From Candidatus Portnoybacteria bacterium (lineage in GTDB: Bacteria > Patescibacteriota > Minisyncoccia > Portnoybacterales > GWB1-42-6): a stretch of 64,000 nucleotides of DNA. The notes beneath the pieces were generated by a model. That model was not told the origin of the DNA. It made no database searches and saw only the letters and a program-made list of their open reading frames with translations. The position numbers and the translations under genes were made by a program. Positions 28,520 to 36,270 of this stretch are shown one piece after another. The stretch lies in assembly GCA_028688325.1 (NCBI GenBank), contig JAQTYI010000003.1, positions 32,116 to 96,115 of the forward strand. Reading direction: 5' to 3'. Position 1 is the stretch's first letter, and each line of letters begins with the position of its first letter.

Positions 28520-28831
28520 TTATTTTTCCGCCTCTATTTCAACGAGGGTATAGGGCTGGCGATGGCCTCTTTTCACCTTCTCGCGCTTCTTGGATTTATA
28601 CTTGAAAATGATAACTTTATCGGCTTTGTCCTGCTTCAGAATTTTAGCGTTGACTTTCGCACCCTTAATGAAGGGTTGGCCGACTTGCACTTTATCACCC
28701 GCCAACACCAATAAAACCTCGTCAAAAACGATCTTGCCGCCCTCTTCGCCTTTCAGTTTTTCAACTCTTAATTTTTGGCCGGGAGAAACAATATATTGCT
28801 TGCCGCCGGTTTTTATGACAGCTAATTCCAT
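28520..28831 (-). CDS. rplU: 50S ribosomal protein L21
   Basis: MELAVIKTGGKQYIVSPGQKLRVEKL... bL21 consensus. Confidence 0.9.
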   Translation of the reverse strand: MELAVIKTGGKQYIVSPGQKLRVEKLKGEEGGKIVFDEVLLVLAGDKVQVGQPFIKGAKVNAKILKQDKADKVIIFKYKSKKREKVKRGHRQPYTLVEIEAEK

Positions 28832-28851
28832 ATTTTTATATAATCAATTTC

Positions 28852-28882
28852 TTGTCATCCCGAACTTGTTTCGGGATGACAA
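28852..28882. repeat. Family A short perfect palindrome (ttgtcatcccgaacttgtttcgggatgacaa)
   Basis: 31-bp near-perfect palindrome just upstream of the rplU start. Confidence 0.7.
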
Positions 28883-29083
28883 TTAAAGATAATTTAAGGG
28901 CCCTTCTCAGGGCCGATTTGACTGTTTGTATATTAACAAAAGGCAGCAAAAGGGTCAAGGCCCATTCCAATTTTGACATCTCCCCGGGGCATCCCCTTTG
29001 CATTTTAAGGGCATTGTGCTATAATGCCCTTAAAGGTTTCCATAATAATTAATACATCCGCCAAAAAGCGGACAACAAAAAAC

Positions 29084-29341
29084 ATGGCACAGAAAACCAA
29101 TTCTGCGTTTATGAAGCCCCTCAAGGTCAGCGCTGAGCTGGCTGCGGTGGTCGGCAACGGCCCGATGGCCAGGTCAGAGGTTGTGAAAAAACTCTGGGCC
29201 TATATTAAAAAAAATTCGCTGCAAGACGCGAACAACAAGCGCAATATCAATGCCGATGCGAACCTGAAAAAGGTTTTTGGAGGCAAAGCGGTCGTCAATA
29301 TGTTCGAAATGACCAAGCTTGTTTCCAAGCATCTCTCGTAA
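29084..29341 (+). CDS. SWIB/MDM2 domain protein
   Basis: KPLKVSAELAAVVGNGPMARSEVVKKLWAYIKKNSLQD...NINADANLKKVFGG...MFEMTKLVSKHL matches the SWIB domain; start taken at MAQKT. Confidence 0.7.
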   Translation: MAQKTNSAFMKPLKVSAELAAVVGNGPMARSEVVKKLWAYIKKNSLQDANNKRNINADANLKKVFGGKAVVNMFEMTKLVSKHLS

Positions 29342-29354
29342 GAGAATTCCAAAT

Positions 29355-29392
29355 AAAAAATCCCTTGCCAATCGGCGGGGATTTTTTATTTA
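29355..29392 (+). terminator. Rho-independent terminator
   Basis: aaaaatcccttgccaatcggcggggatttttt. Confidence 0.65.
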
Positions 29393-29418
29393 AATAGGAT
29401 AGCTTAATCACTTTTCCC

Positions 29419-30510
29419 TTATTCTTCGTCCTTTATCGCCGGGCCTTCAATTTGCATGGGCTCGATATCGCTTGTCTTGCCCGTAATTTTCACAACATCC
29501 TTGTCTATCTTGCCAAACTCCTTGTAGGCACGGTTATACATATTAACGGTTGTGCCAAGATTGTTGCCGAGTTTTTTCAGATATTCTTCGTAGCTCCCCA
29601 GATGCTTTTGCAGCATTTCCACATACTTGCGGATTTCCTTGGCCGATTCCTCGATCTGCAACGCGCGCAAGCCCTGCATCACCGTTTGCAGATAAGCGAA
29701 AAACGAAGTTGGCGAAACGATGATGACATGCTTTTCCTTGAACGCGTATTCTATCAAATCGCGCGTATTCACTTTGATGGCGCCCACTTGGTTTATCAAC
29801 AAGTCATAATATATGCCTTCAGCCGGAATGAACATAAAGGCGAAATCCATCGTGTCTTCGTTGGGCCGGATGTATTTGGCGGTTTCGTCTATCCGGTTTT
29901 TCAAGTCCATCTTGAACTGCTTTTCCAGATACTCTTTTTGCGTTTCGTCTTTTTCCTGCAGAATGCGGTTATAATTTTCCAATGAGAACTTTGAATCGAT
30001 GGGAATTATCTTGTCCTTAACAAACACGGCCGCGTCCACGATGTCGCCGTTCTTGAATTCGTATTGCATCTGATAGTTTTTGGGCGGAAGAACATTCTTC
30101 AGAACATTTTCCAAAAAATATTCGCCCAAAACCCCGCGGTGCTTGGGATTTTTTAAGACATCTTCCAACCCCTGCAGCTGATCGGCCACATTCATCACCT
30201 GTTTGTTGGTTTCATCCAGCTTGGTCAGTTTTTCCGTCACATTGATCATCTTATCGCCCATATCTTTGACGATCTTTGAACTTTGGGCAAATTGCTGCTG
30301 GAACATCTTGGCCGAGTCGCCCATTTTGCTATCCACCTGTGTGCCAAAGGTTTGCAAGGTCTGGCGCAACTCTTTCAACTGCTCCTGCATCATCAAAATG
30401 GCCGAGTTATCCTGCGGCTTATCTTCCGGCTTTTTTTTCAGAGTAATATAAATCAGCGCGCCGACAGCGGCCAGAACGACAAATAACAGATAATCTTGCC
30501 ATATACTCAT
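29419..30510 (-). CDS. rmuC: DNA recombination protein RmuC
   Basis: N-terminal transmembrane helix, long coiled coil. HRGVLGEYFLENVL, IPIDSKFSLENY, FMFIPAEGIYY motifs typical of RmuC. Confidence 0.85.
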   Translation of the reverse strand: MSIWQDYLLFVVLAAVGALIYITLKKKPEDKPQDNSAILMMQEQLKELRQTLQTFGTQVDSKMGDSAKMFQQQFAQSSKIVKDMGDKMINVTEKLTKLDETNKQVMNVADQLQGLEDVLKNPKHRGVLGEYFLENVLKNVLPPKNYQMQYEFKNGDIVDAAVFVKDKIIPIDSKFSLENYNRILQEKDETQKEYLEKQFKMDLKNRIDETAKYIRPNEDTMDFAFMFIPAEGIYYDLLINQVGAIKVNTRDLIEYAFKEKHVIIVSPTSFFAYLQTVMQGLRALQIEESAKEIRKYVEMLQKHLGSYEEYLKKLGNNLGTTVNMYNRAYKEFGKIDKDVVKITGKTSDIEPMQIEGPAIKDEE

Positions 30511-30534
30511 GAATTTAATTTAAATTTAATCACC

Positions 30535-30563
30535 TTGACATACACTTATCAACAGCCTATACT
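30535..30563 (+). promoter_or_regulatory. Consensus sigma70-type promoter (TTGACA-17-TATACT)
   Basis: ttgacatacacttatcaacagcctatact read directly. The partly palindromic region also gives TTGATA-17-TTAAAT on the minus strand, upstream of the rmuC ATG. Confidence 0.45.
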
Positions 30564-30596
30564 ATAGGTGTAAGTATCGAAGAAAGGCGTCGACCG

Positions 30597-31412
30597 TTAG
30601 GACGATGGCCTTTTTTCATTTTCTACTACATCTAAGGCAATAATTGGCAACCTACGCCTGATATCTTTATCCACAAAAACATTGAAATTATAGCTTTTAA
30701 AACCATTCATAAATTCCTTAGCTCCCGCGTTATTTTTTAAGTATTCTAAAAACCTTCTTTTATATTTATCACCGCTTAAAATAAGATTGGTTGATAATTT
30801 CAAATCGTAGCTTATTGCTCCAACTATCAAATCCGCTATTTGCAAAAGATCATTTGATTTTGAGTCAAAACGACAAACACCGGCAACTGCTAGTCTCTTA
30901 AATTTATCGTTTATTTTTCTTTTAACATTAACTTCAAATTTAATATCTTTTGGCGTTAAAATATGGTCGGCAATTACCATTATAATCTCGTTATAAGCAA
31001 TGCCAGACTCCAGGACTCTAATTGAGATATCTTCGTATGATTTCCAGGGATCTGCACCAAATTCTCGAAGAAAATACTCCCCCTCTTTGTCTACAGAATA
31101 AGAATTAAAACAAGTACTCCTAGTCGCGAAAAACGCATCTATCGAAAATTTTGCAAAATCTATATTATTCTTAGACAATTTATTAAACTTCATCTCATCA
31201 TAAAAATGACGCTTATTTCTTTCATAGATAATTTTACTGTTTAAATAATATGGTTGAGAGCATTTTATAAACCCGACTGTAAAGAATGGGTCTTTTTTAT
31301 TATTCAGACTGCCGCTCTCGTCCAAAAAACAAAATTTAGTCCAAATTTTTCGATAATCGGTTAAAGAAAGATTATTATTCTCTTTTCCTCTTAAAAAATT
31401 AAAGGCCCCCAT
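30597..31412 (-). CDS. DUF3800-family protein on a markedly AT-rich islet
   Basis: N-terminal FCFLDESGSL and C-terminal LLQIADLIVGAIS motifs characteristic of DUF3800. Local GC is about 30 percent against about 50 percent in the flanks. Confidence 0.6.
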   Translation of the reverse strand: MGAFNFLRGKENNNLSLTDYRKIWTKFCFLDESGSLNNKKDPFFTVGFIKCSQPYYLNSKIIYERNKRHFYDEMKFNKLSKNNIDFAKFSIDAFFATRSTCFNSYSVDKEGEYFLREFGADPWKSYEDISIRVLESGIAYNEIIMVIADHILTPKDIKFEVNVKRKINDKFKRLAVAGVCRFDSKSNDLLQIADLIVGAISYDLKLSTNLILSGDKYKRRFLEYLKNNAGAKEFMNGFKSYNFNVFVDKDIRRRLPIIALDVVENEKRPSS

Positions 31413-31445
31413 TTTTATATTAGTAAATTATCTTATATTATAATT

Positions 31446-32237
31446 TTAACACTTTTTCTTATAGATTAACAGCAACAGAGAAATAGAGAAAATTACTACT
31501 GCTATCCACTGGCTCACGCTCAAAATCCCCCAGCGAGGGTCGGCTAGGGGGCCGGAGGAAACGCGAATGAATTCAAGGAAAAAACGGATGGCGGAATAAG
31601 AAATTAGGAATAATAAAAAGAATAGACCATCTGTCATCGTGAGCCCCGCAGGGGCGTGGCGATCCCGCGATACTGCCGCGTCCACGGAATTGCTTCGTTC
31701 CGCTCGCAATGACATATTTTTTATTTTTTTCTGTAAAAACCAAAACACTGCCAACAACCCGAACCCGACCAGCGATTCATATATCCCCATCGGATGGCGC
31801 GAAATGCCGTCCGGCCATAAAATTCCCCAGGGTAAATTTGTCGGCGCGCCCTGGTGGTCGTTGATTAAAATACAGCCGATGCGGCCAATGCCAATTCCCA
31901 GCGCCATCGGTAGAACAAACAAATCGGCTGTTTTCCAAAAAGGTATTTTGGCCTTTTCCATATACGCCCACCCAAACAATATCGCGCCGATCAATCCACC
32001 CATAAAAGCGGCTCCGCCGCCCGCGGTTAACCGCGCCAGAACCCACGCGCCCGATATTGCGCCAAAAAAAATCGCGACGGCCAGGCCCGCGATTTTTTTT
32101 GGCGCCAGATTTTCTTTCCGGGCCAAGTAATAAAACAATAGATATCCAACGCTAAACCCCAGCCCCGCGAACAAACCCCAGATATAAAGCTTTACGGGAC
32201 CAAGAGAGATTTGATTAATAACAAAATACGGTATCAT
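31446..32237 (-). CDS. lgt: Prolipoprotein diacylglyceryl transferase
   Basis: IGPVKLYIWG...GIGIGRIGCILINDHQG Lgt signature. Start moved to MIPYF (32237). In-frame family B insertion at 31633-31715. Confidence 0.85.
   Translation of the reverse strand: MIPYFVINQISLGPVKLYIWGLFAGLGFSVGYLLFYYLARKENLAPKKIAGLAVAIFFGAISGAWVLARLTAGGGAAFMGGLIGAILFGWAYMEKAKIPFWKTADLFVLPMALGIGIGRIGCILINDHQGAPTNLPWGILWPDGISRHPMGIYESLVGFGLLAVFWFLQKKIKNMSLRAERSNSVDAAVSRDRHAPAGLTMTDGLFFLLFLISYSAIRFFLEFIRVSSGPLADPRWGILSVSQWIAVVIFSISLLLLIYKKKC
31633..31715. repeat. Family B-like palindromic element inside lgt
   Basis: tgtcatcgtgagccccgcaggggcg...cgctcgcaatgaca; encodes RAERSNSVDAAVSRDRHAPAGLTMTD within Lgt. Confidence 0.6.
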
Positions 32238-32420
32238 AAATCCAAGACCGCGCATACGAAAAATTTTGATAGAAAATAGCAATGAGCCGAGCGTCTAAAT
32301 TTGCGTGCTGTGGCGGGGCCCCGACCGTCAGGTCGGGGCGTTGAGGATAGCAAATTTAGCGAGGCGAGTTCTATTTTCTCAAAATTTTATCGTCGCGCGG
32401 GAACTCTTTTGCTACTTTTC
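32238..32420. repeat. Repeat family 5, second copy
   Basis: ccgcgcatacgaaaaattttgatag...gcgtgctgtggcggggccccgaccgtcaggtcggggcgttgaggatagcaaatttagcga... Confidence 0.65.
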
Positions 32421-32446
32421 TGGTTACAGAAAAGTAGATGAAAAAA

Positions 32447-33337
32447 TTAATAATTTACCAGCTTCTCCGTTATCGATTCCAGCCAGTCATCGGCATGGAA
32501 ACGCCGGATGATATACCTAAACTTGGGTTGCTGGTCAATGATTTTATACACACTGAAGGCCGCCTGATAGCCGGCTTCTTTGGCAAGCTGAATGACATGG
32601 TCGTTATAGCTTCCGCCGGGATAAGCGAGTAAATCAACTTTTTTGCCGATCCTTTCCTCCAATATTTTTTTACTGCCCGCGAGCTCCGCGCTTAATTGCT
32701 TGTCGTCAACTTTGTTCATAGCCGCGTGATCCAAAGAATGGCTGCCTATGCTCATGCCGTTATCGCTCATTTCCTTAACCTGCTGCCAAGTCATAAAATC
32801 CCTTTTATCTATCCAATCGGTCGTAATAAAGAATGTCGCGGTCATACCGTATTTTTTAAGCAGAGGATAAGCCCATTTGTATTGGCCGTAGCGGCCGTCG
32901 TCAAACGAAATAGCCACGGCTTCTGGCGGCAATGGCTTGCCGGTATCAAAATAATCCAGCAGATCATAAACCGAAACTATCTGATAATTGTTGTCTTTAA
33001 AATATTTCAAATGCGCCTCAAAGCCCTCCGGCGAAACAGTAAAAGCGCGGTCTGTGATAGTTGAGCTGGCAACATCGGGCATTGGCCGGATGTGGTGATA
33101 ATTGAAAACCGGAAATTTTATAACAGCGTTATCAGCCGGCTTTTGATAGCTCGGTTCAGGTGTCATCTCGGCGCTTGAAGGCAGCGGCTCTTGCGTTAGG
33201 GTTCTTTGCGGCAATAAAGTCGGAGTCGATGAATTATTGATTTGCACGGTATTTTCCGCTCGCATCCAATTATAAAAAACCGCTCCGATAGTGGCCAGCA
33301 GCATCAAAATAAGAAAGATGAAAAAAGCTTTTTTCAT
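32447..33337 (-). CDS. Polysaccharide deacetylase (NodB-homology) with N-terminal membrane anchor
   Basis: FDDGRYGQYKWAYPLLKKYGMTATFF...SIGSHSLDHAAM motifs. Start reassigned to MKKAFFIFLIL; the tracked ORF runs into the tRNA-associated element. Confidence 0.8.
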   Translation of the reverse strand: MKKAFFIFLILMLLATIGAVFYNWMRAENTVQINNSSTPTLLPQRTLTQEPLPSSAEMTPEPSYQKPADNAVIKFPVFNYHHIRPMPDVASSTITDRAFTVSPEGFEAHLKYFKDNNYQIVSVYDLLDYFDTGKPLPPEAVAISFDDGRYGQYKWAYPLLKKYGMTATFFITTDWIDKRDFMTWQQVKEMSDNGMSIGSHSLDHAAMNKVDDKQLSAELAGSKKILEERIGKKVDLLAYPGGSYNDHVIQLAKEAGYQAAFSVYKIIDQQPKFRYIIRRFHADDWLESITEKLVNY

Positions 33338-33340
33338 TGG

Positions 33341-33479
33341 TAGCCCTACGGGGAATCGGCCGCGGCTCTCGGCTCGCCATCGCTCGCCTCGGCCTGGCCA
33401 CCGCCTCGCCAAATTTTCCGCTGAAAATTCGGCTCCGGCGTTCGATTCCCGACACGAGCCAAGCAATTGGCTCGCTTGC
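33341..33479 (-). other. tRNA-associated mini-element ending in a direct repeat of the tRNA-Glu 3' end
   Basis: 33341-33358 tagccctacggggaatcg duplicates 33497-33514. Internal blocks are shared with the 10979-11152 element. Confidence 0.55.
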
Positions 33480-33496
33480 TTTTATGGTATTTATAG

Positions 33497-33568
33497 TAGC
33501 CCTACGGGGAATCGAACCCCGATTTTACGGATGAGAACCGTATATCCTAGCCGTTAGATGATAGGGCC
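33497..33568 (-). tRNA. tRNA-Glu (anticodon CUC)
   Basis: Manual fold. Acceptor GGCCCTA/TAGGGCT, anticodon stem TACGG/CCGTA with loop TTCTCAT, T-arm GGGGTTCGATTCCCC, discriminator A. Confidence 0.7.
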
Positions 33569-33612
33569 AAAACTTACTTTACTTTACCATAATTTTTATT
33601 TTTTTCAATAAA

Positions 33613-33641
33613 AAACGGGTCGCGCTCAGCGCGACCCGAAA
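33613..33641 (-). terminator. Rho-independent terminator
   Basis: gggtcgcgctcagcgcgaccc hairpin with an A-run on plus (U-run on minus). Confidence 0.6.
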
Positions 33642-33659
33642 GAACATAGAACGCTGGAG

Positions 33660-33881
33660 TTAAAGCCCGAGGAAGGACAGCGCGGTTTCCCAGAAGGAGG
33701 GGGAGCGCGCCAAAGCATCTTCCCTTGAAAGGCCACAGCTCGAACAGAATTTATCAGCCGGGAAGACCTTTTCGCGGCAGCTGCAGCATTGAGGCAATTT
33801 TACCTCAATCAGCTTCGCGCCACATAAAGAACAGTAGTTACCAAAGACCGATGTCATTTTGCAGCTTGGACAATCTTTCAT
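33660..33881 (-). CDS. Small double zinc-ribbon protein
   Basis: MKDCPSCK...YCSLCGAKL...CCSCREKV...FCSSCG. Start chosen at the internal Met; the longer tracked ORF overlaps a family C repeat. Confidence 0.4.
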   Translation of the reverse strand: MKDCPSCKMTSVFGNYCSLCGAKLIEVKLPQCCSCREKVFPADKFCSSCGLSREDALARSPSFWETALSFLGL

Positions 33882-33962
33882 TTTTTCACCTCCCCTCTTC
33901 TTGCTGTTTTTTTGATAAAAAATACTACTCTCAGCATACCATCCAGCCGGGGCTTGACAAGT

Positions 33963-33974
33963 GAACGATTGTTC
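33963..33974 (+). promoter_or_regulatory. Putative LexA (Cheo-type) box GAACGATTGTTC upstream of lexA
   Basis: GAAC-N4-GTTC palindrome next to a TTGACA hexamer, about 150 nt upstream of lexA. Confidence 0.4.
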
Positions 33975-34121
33975 AATAAACTGAAAATATAATAAATTAC
34001 TCCTCCCTTTTGTAAAGAGAGGGCAGGAGGGATTTAAGAAGCTTTCTAAATCCACCCTAACCCTCTCGCCTCGCTAAAGCTATGGCGAAGCGGGCCCTTA
34101 TAAAAGGAGGGAACAAATCCC

Positions 34122-34694
34122 ATGGACATCCAAAAAGCATTAGACAAAATCCGTAAATTCTACCGCCAGCGAAAGCGCCTTCCCTCTTATCGAGAAATAG
34201 CGGAGCTCTTAAATTTTAAATCCGTTAACGCGGCCTGGCGCGTGGTAAAGAAATTGATTGATCAGGGCTACTTGGATAAGGACAGCCAAGGAAAATTGAT
34301 ACCGAAAAAATTGGCGCACGAGCTCAAGGTTCTGGGCACGGTGGCTGCCGGCATGCCGACACTGGCCAATCAGGAAGATATGGATACTTTATCGCTGGAT
34401 GATTACCTGCTCACCAATCCTTCCAGAAATTATATGCTGCGCGTCATCGGCCAATCCATGAAAGACGCGGGCATTTCGCCCAACGACCTCGTTATCGTGG
34501 AATCCGAAAAAGAACCGCTCAACGGCGATATAGTGGTAGCCGAGGTTGACGGCGACTGGACTATGAAATATTATCAAAAACGCAAAAATGAAGTTGTTCT
34601 GATTCCCGCCAACAAGGATTATCCCAATGTCTATCCCAAACAAAACTTGCGCATCGGCGGAGTCGTTGTTTCACTGATAAAGAAATATTACTAG
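34122..34694 (+). CDS. lexA: LexA repressor
   Basis: N-terminal winged-helix DNA-binding domain; S24 peptidase domain with a Ser (GQSMKDAG) and Lys dyad. Confidence 0.9.
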   Translation: MDIQKALDKIRKFYRQRKRLPSYREIAELLNFKSVNAAWRVVKKLIDQGYLDKDSQGKLIPKKLAHELKVLGTVAAGMPTLANQEDMDTLSLDDYLLTNPSRNYMLRVIGQSMKDAGISPNDLVIVESEKEPLNGDIVVAEVDGDWTMKYYQKRKNEVVLIPANKDYPNVYPKQNLRIGGVVVSLIKKYY

Positions 34695-34794
34695 AAGCGC
34701 GGATATGGACGCAAATCTTATAACGCCGATCAAAAAACGCGGATCTAAAATTTAGGATCCGCGTTGATATCCGCTTGCCATATCCGTGTTAAGA

Positions 34795-36093
34795 TCAGCG
34801 GCTCTCCCATTCTTCTCCCTGGCGCACCAGCAATTCCTTGGCTCGTTCCGGCTCAGCCATCAGTTCTTTGACTATTTTTTCCATGCGCATACCTTGAGAT
34901 CCTTTTACCAATATTATATCCCCTTCTTTTATCATGTCCTGCAATTCGCGTCCCGCATCTTCGGAGTCGGCAAAATACCAAGCTCTTTCCTGCGCCAAGC
35001 CGTTTTTTTTGGCCTCATCGGCCATAAAAATTGACTTTTCTCCAACCGCCAGCAGAATATCCGCCGCCTTGGCCACATTGGCGCCGATCTTCCGGTGCGC
35101 TTCTTCCGAAAAAGCGCCTAATTCCAGCATATCGCCGAGTGCGGCGATTTTACGGCCGGGTTCTCCGTCAGTGCGCAAATTGGACATTCTCCCCAGCAAT
35201 TCCAGCGCCTTCAAAGAAGAGCTGGGTGAAGAGTTGTAAGTATCGTCAATTATCCAGGTTTTTTTTATGCCGCGAAGCAGGCGCAAGCGGCCGGGATACG
35301 GCGTAATACTTTTAAGCGCCTGGGCGATTTCCACCAGGTTCAATTTAAAAATCAAACCCACGGCCATACCCGCCAAAACCGCGTAAACTTGATGCTGCGC
35401 GCAAAGGCCGGATAAGCGAACCGGAACATTACTGCCCTGGTAATCGACCTTAAAAGACATTCCCACATCGCTTAAGTCGTCCAATCTCTGCTCAAAATTG
35501 GAGGCGCGTAAATCGGCTTTTTCATCAAAACCGTAGGTAAAAATTTGCGCCGGAGTTTTGCGCGCCATGGCGCGCACGCGCTGGTCGTCGTAATTTAAGA
35601 CCGCCCAGCCGCCCTTGTCCAGACCGCGCACCAGATTCGCTTTTTCTTTGGCCACTTGGTCCGCGCCCTGGAAGAATTCAACATGCACAGGAATCTCTCC
35701 GATGGCGGTGATGACGCCCACATGGCATTTGATGAAATCCGTCAGATATGCGATATCGCCCATCTTATCGGCGCCCATCTCCAAAACCAAGATTTTGGGA
35801 TAGTTTTTGGCATATAAAATTTCAAAAAAACCTATCAAAAGCGTTTGCAGCCATCGCCAAACGGAATCGCCGCAACTGATCTGGCCCAAAATGGTAAGCG
35901 GCGCACCGATTTCATTGTTGTAATTTTTAATATTGCGGCGCACGCCGAATTTTTCTTTCAAAACCGCGTAGATGGCTTCTTTGGCGGCGGTTTTACCAAC
36001 GCTGCCGGTCACGCCAATGACCAGGGGCTTATAACGCCACAATGTGGCCCGGGCAAGAATTTTTAAAATAAAGCAAAGAATTTTTTTGGGCAT
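34795..36093 (-). CDS. murF: UDP-N-acetylmuramoyl-tripeptide--D-alanyl-D-alanine ligase
   Basis: VIGVTGSVGKTAAKEAIYAVL and Mur ligase middle/C domains; start taken at MPKKILCF. Confidence 0.9.
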   Translation of the reverse strand: MPKKILCFILKILARATLWRYKPLVIGVTGSVGKTAAKEAIYAVLKEKFGVRRNIKNYNNEIGAPLTILGQISCGDSVWRWLQTLLIGFFEILYAKNYPKILVLEMGADKMGDIAYLTDFIKCHVGVITAIGEIPVHVEFFQGADQVAKEKANLVRGLDKGGWAVLNYDDQRVRAMARKTPAQIFTYGFDEKADLRASNFEQRLDDLSDVGMSFKVDYQGSNVPVRLSGLCAQHQVYAVLAGMAVGLIFKLNLVEIAQALKSITPYPGRLRLLRGIKKTWIIDDTYNSSPSSSLKALELLGRMSNLRTDGEPGRKIAALGDMLELGAFSEEAHRKIGANVAKAADILLAVGEKSIFMADEAKKNGLAQERAWYFADSEDAGRELQDMIKEGDIILVKGSQGMRMEKIVKELMAEPERAKELLVRQGEEWESR

Positions 36094-36106
36094 ACGATTA
36101 TTCTGA

Positions 36107-36270
36107 TTAGACCGAGAGCGAGGATTTACTTTCCTGAAACGCTCAGTTTTGCAAGCGGGCACGGTGTCCCGACTTTATGGAGGGACGAGCGAGCAAAACT
36201 GGCGAGTGAAATTTTCCTGGCTGGGGAAAATTTTACGATTTCAGAAAGTAAGTCCGAGCGATTATTTACT
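36107..36270. repeat. Structured repeat family 6, copy 2
   Basis: ttagaccgagagcgaggatttactttcctgaaacgctcagttttgc...gcaaaactggcgagtgaaattttcctggctggggaaaattttacgatttcagaaagtaagtccgagcg. Confidence 0.6.

Noticed and set aside
33270-33557. ORFs overlapping the tRNA-Glu element, and the 43-codon N-terminal extension of the deacetylase ORF
   Set aside because: Sequence is accounted for by the tRNA and the repeat element.
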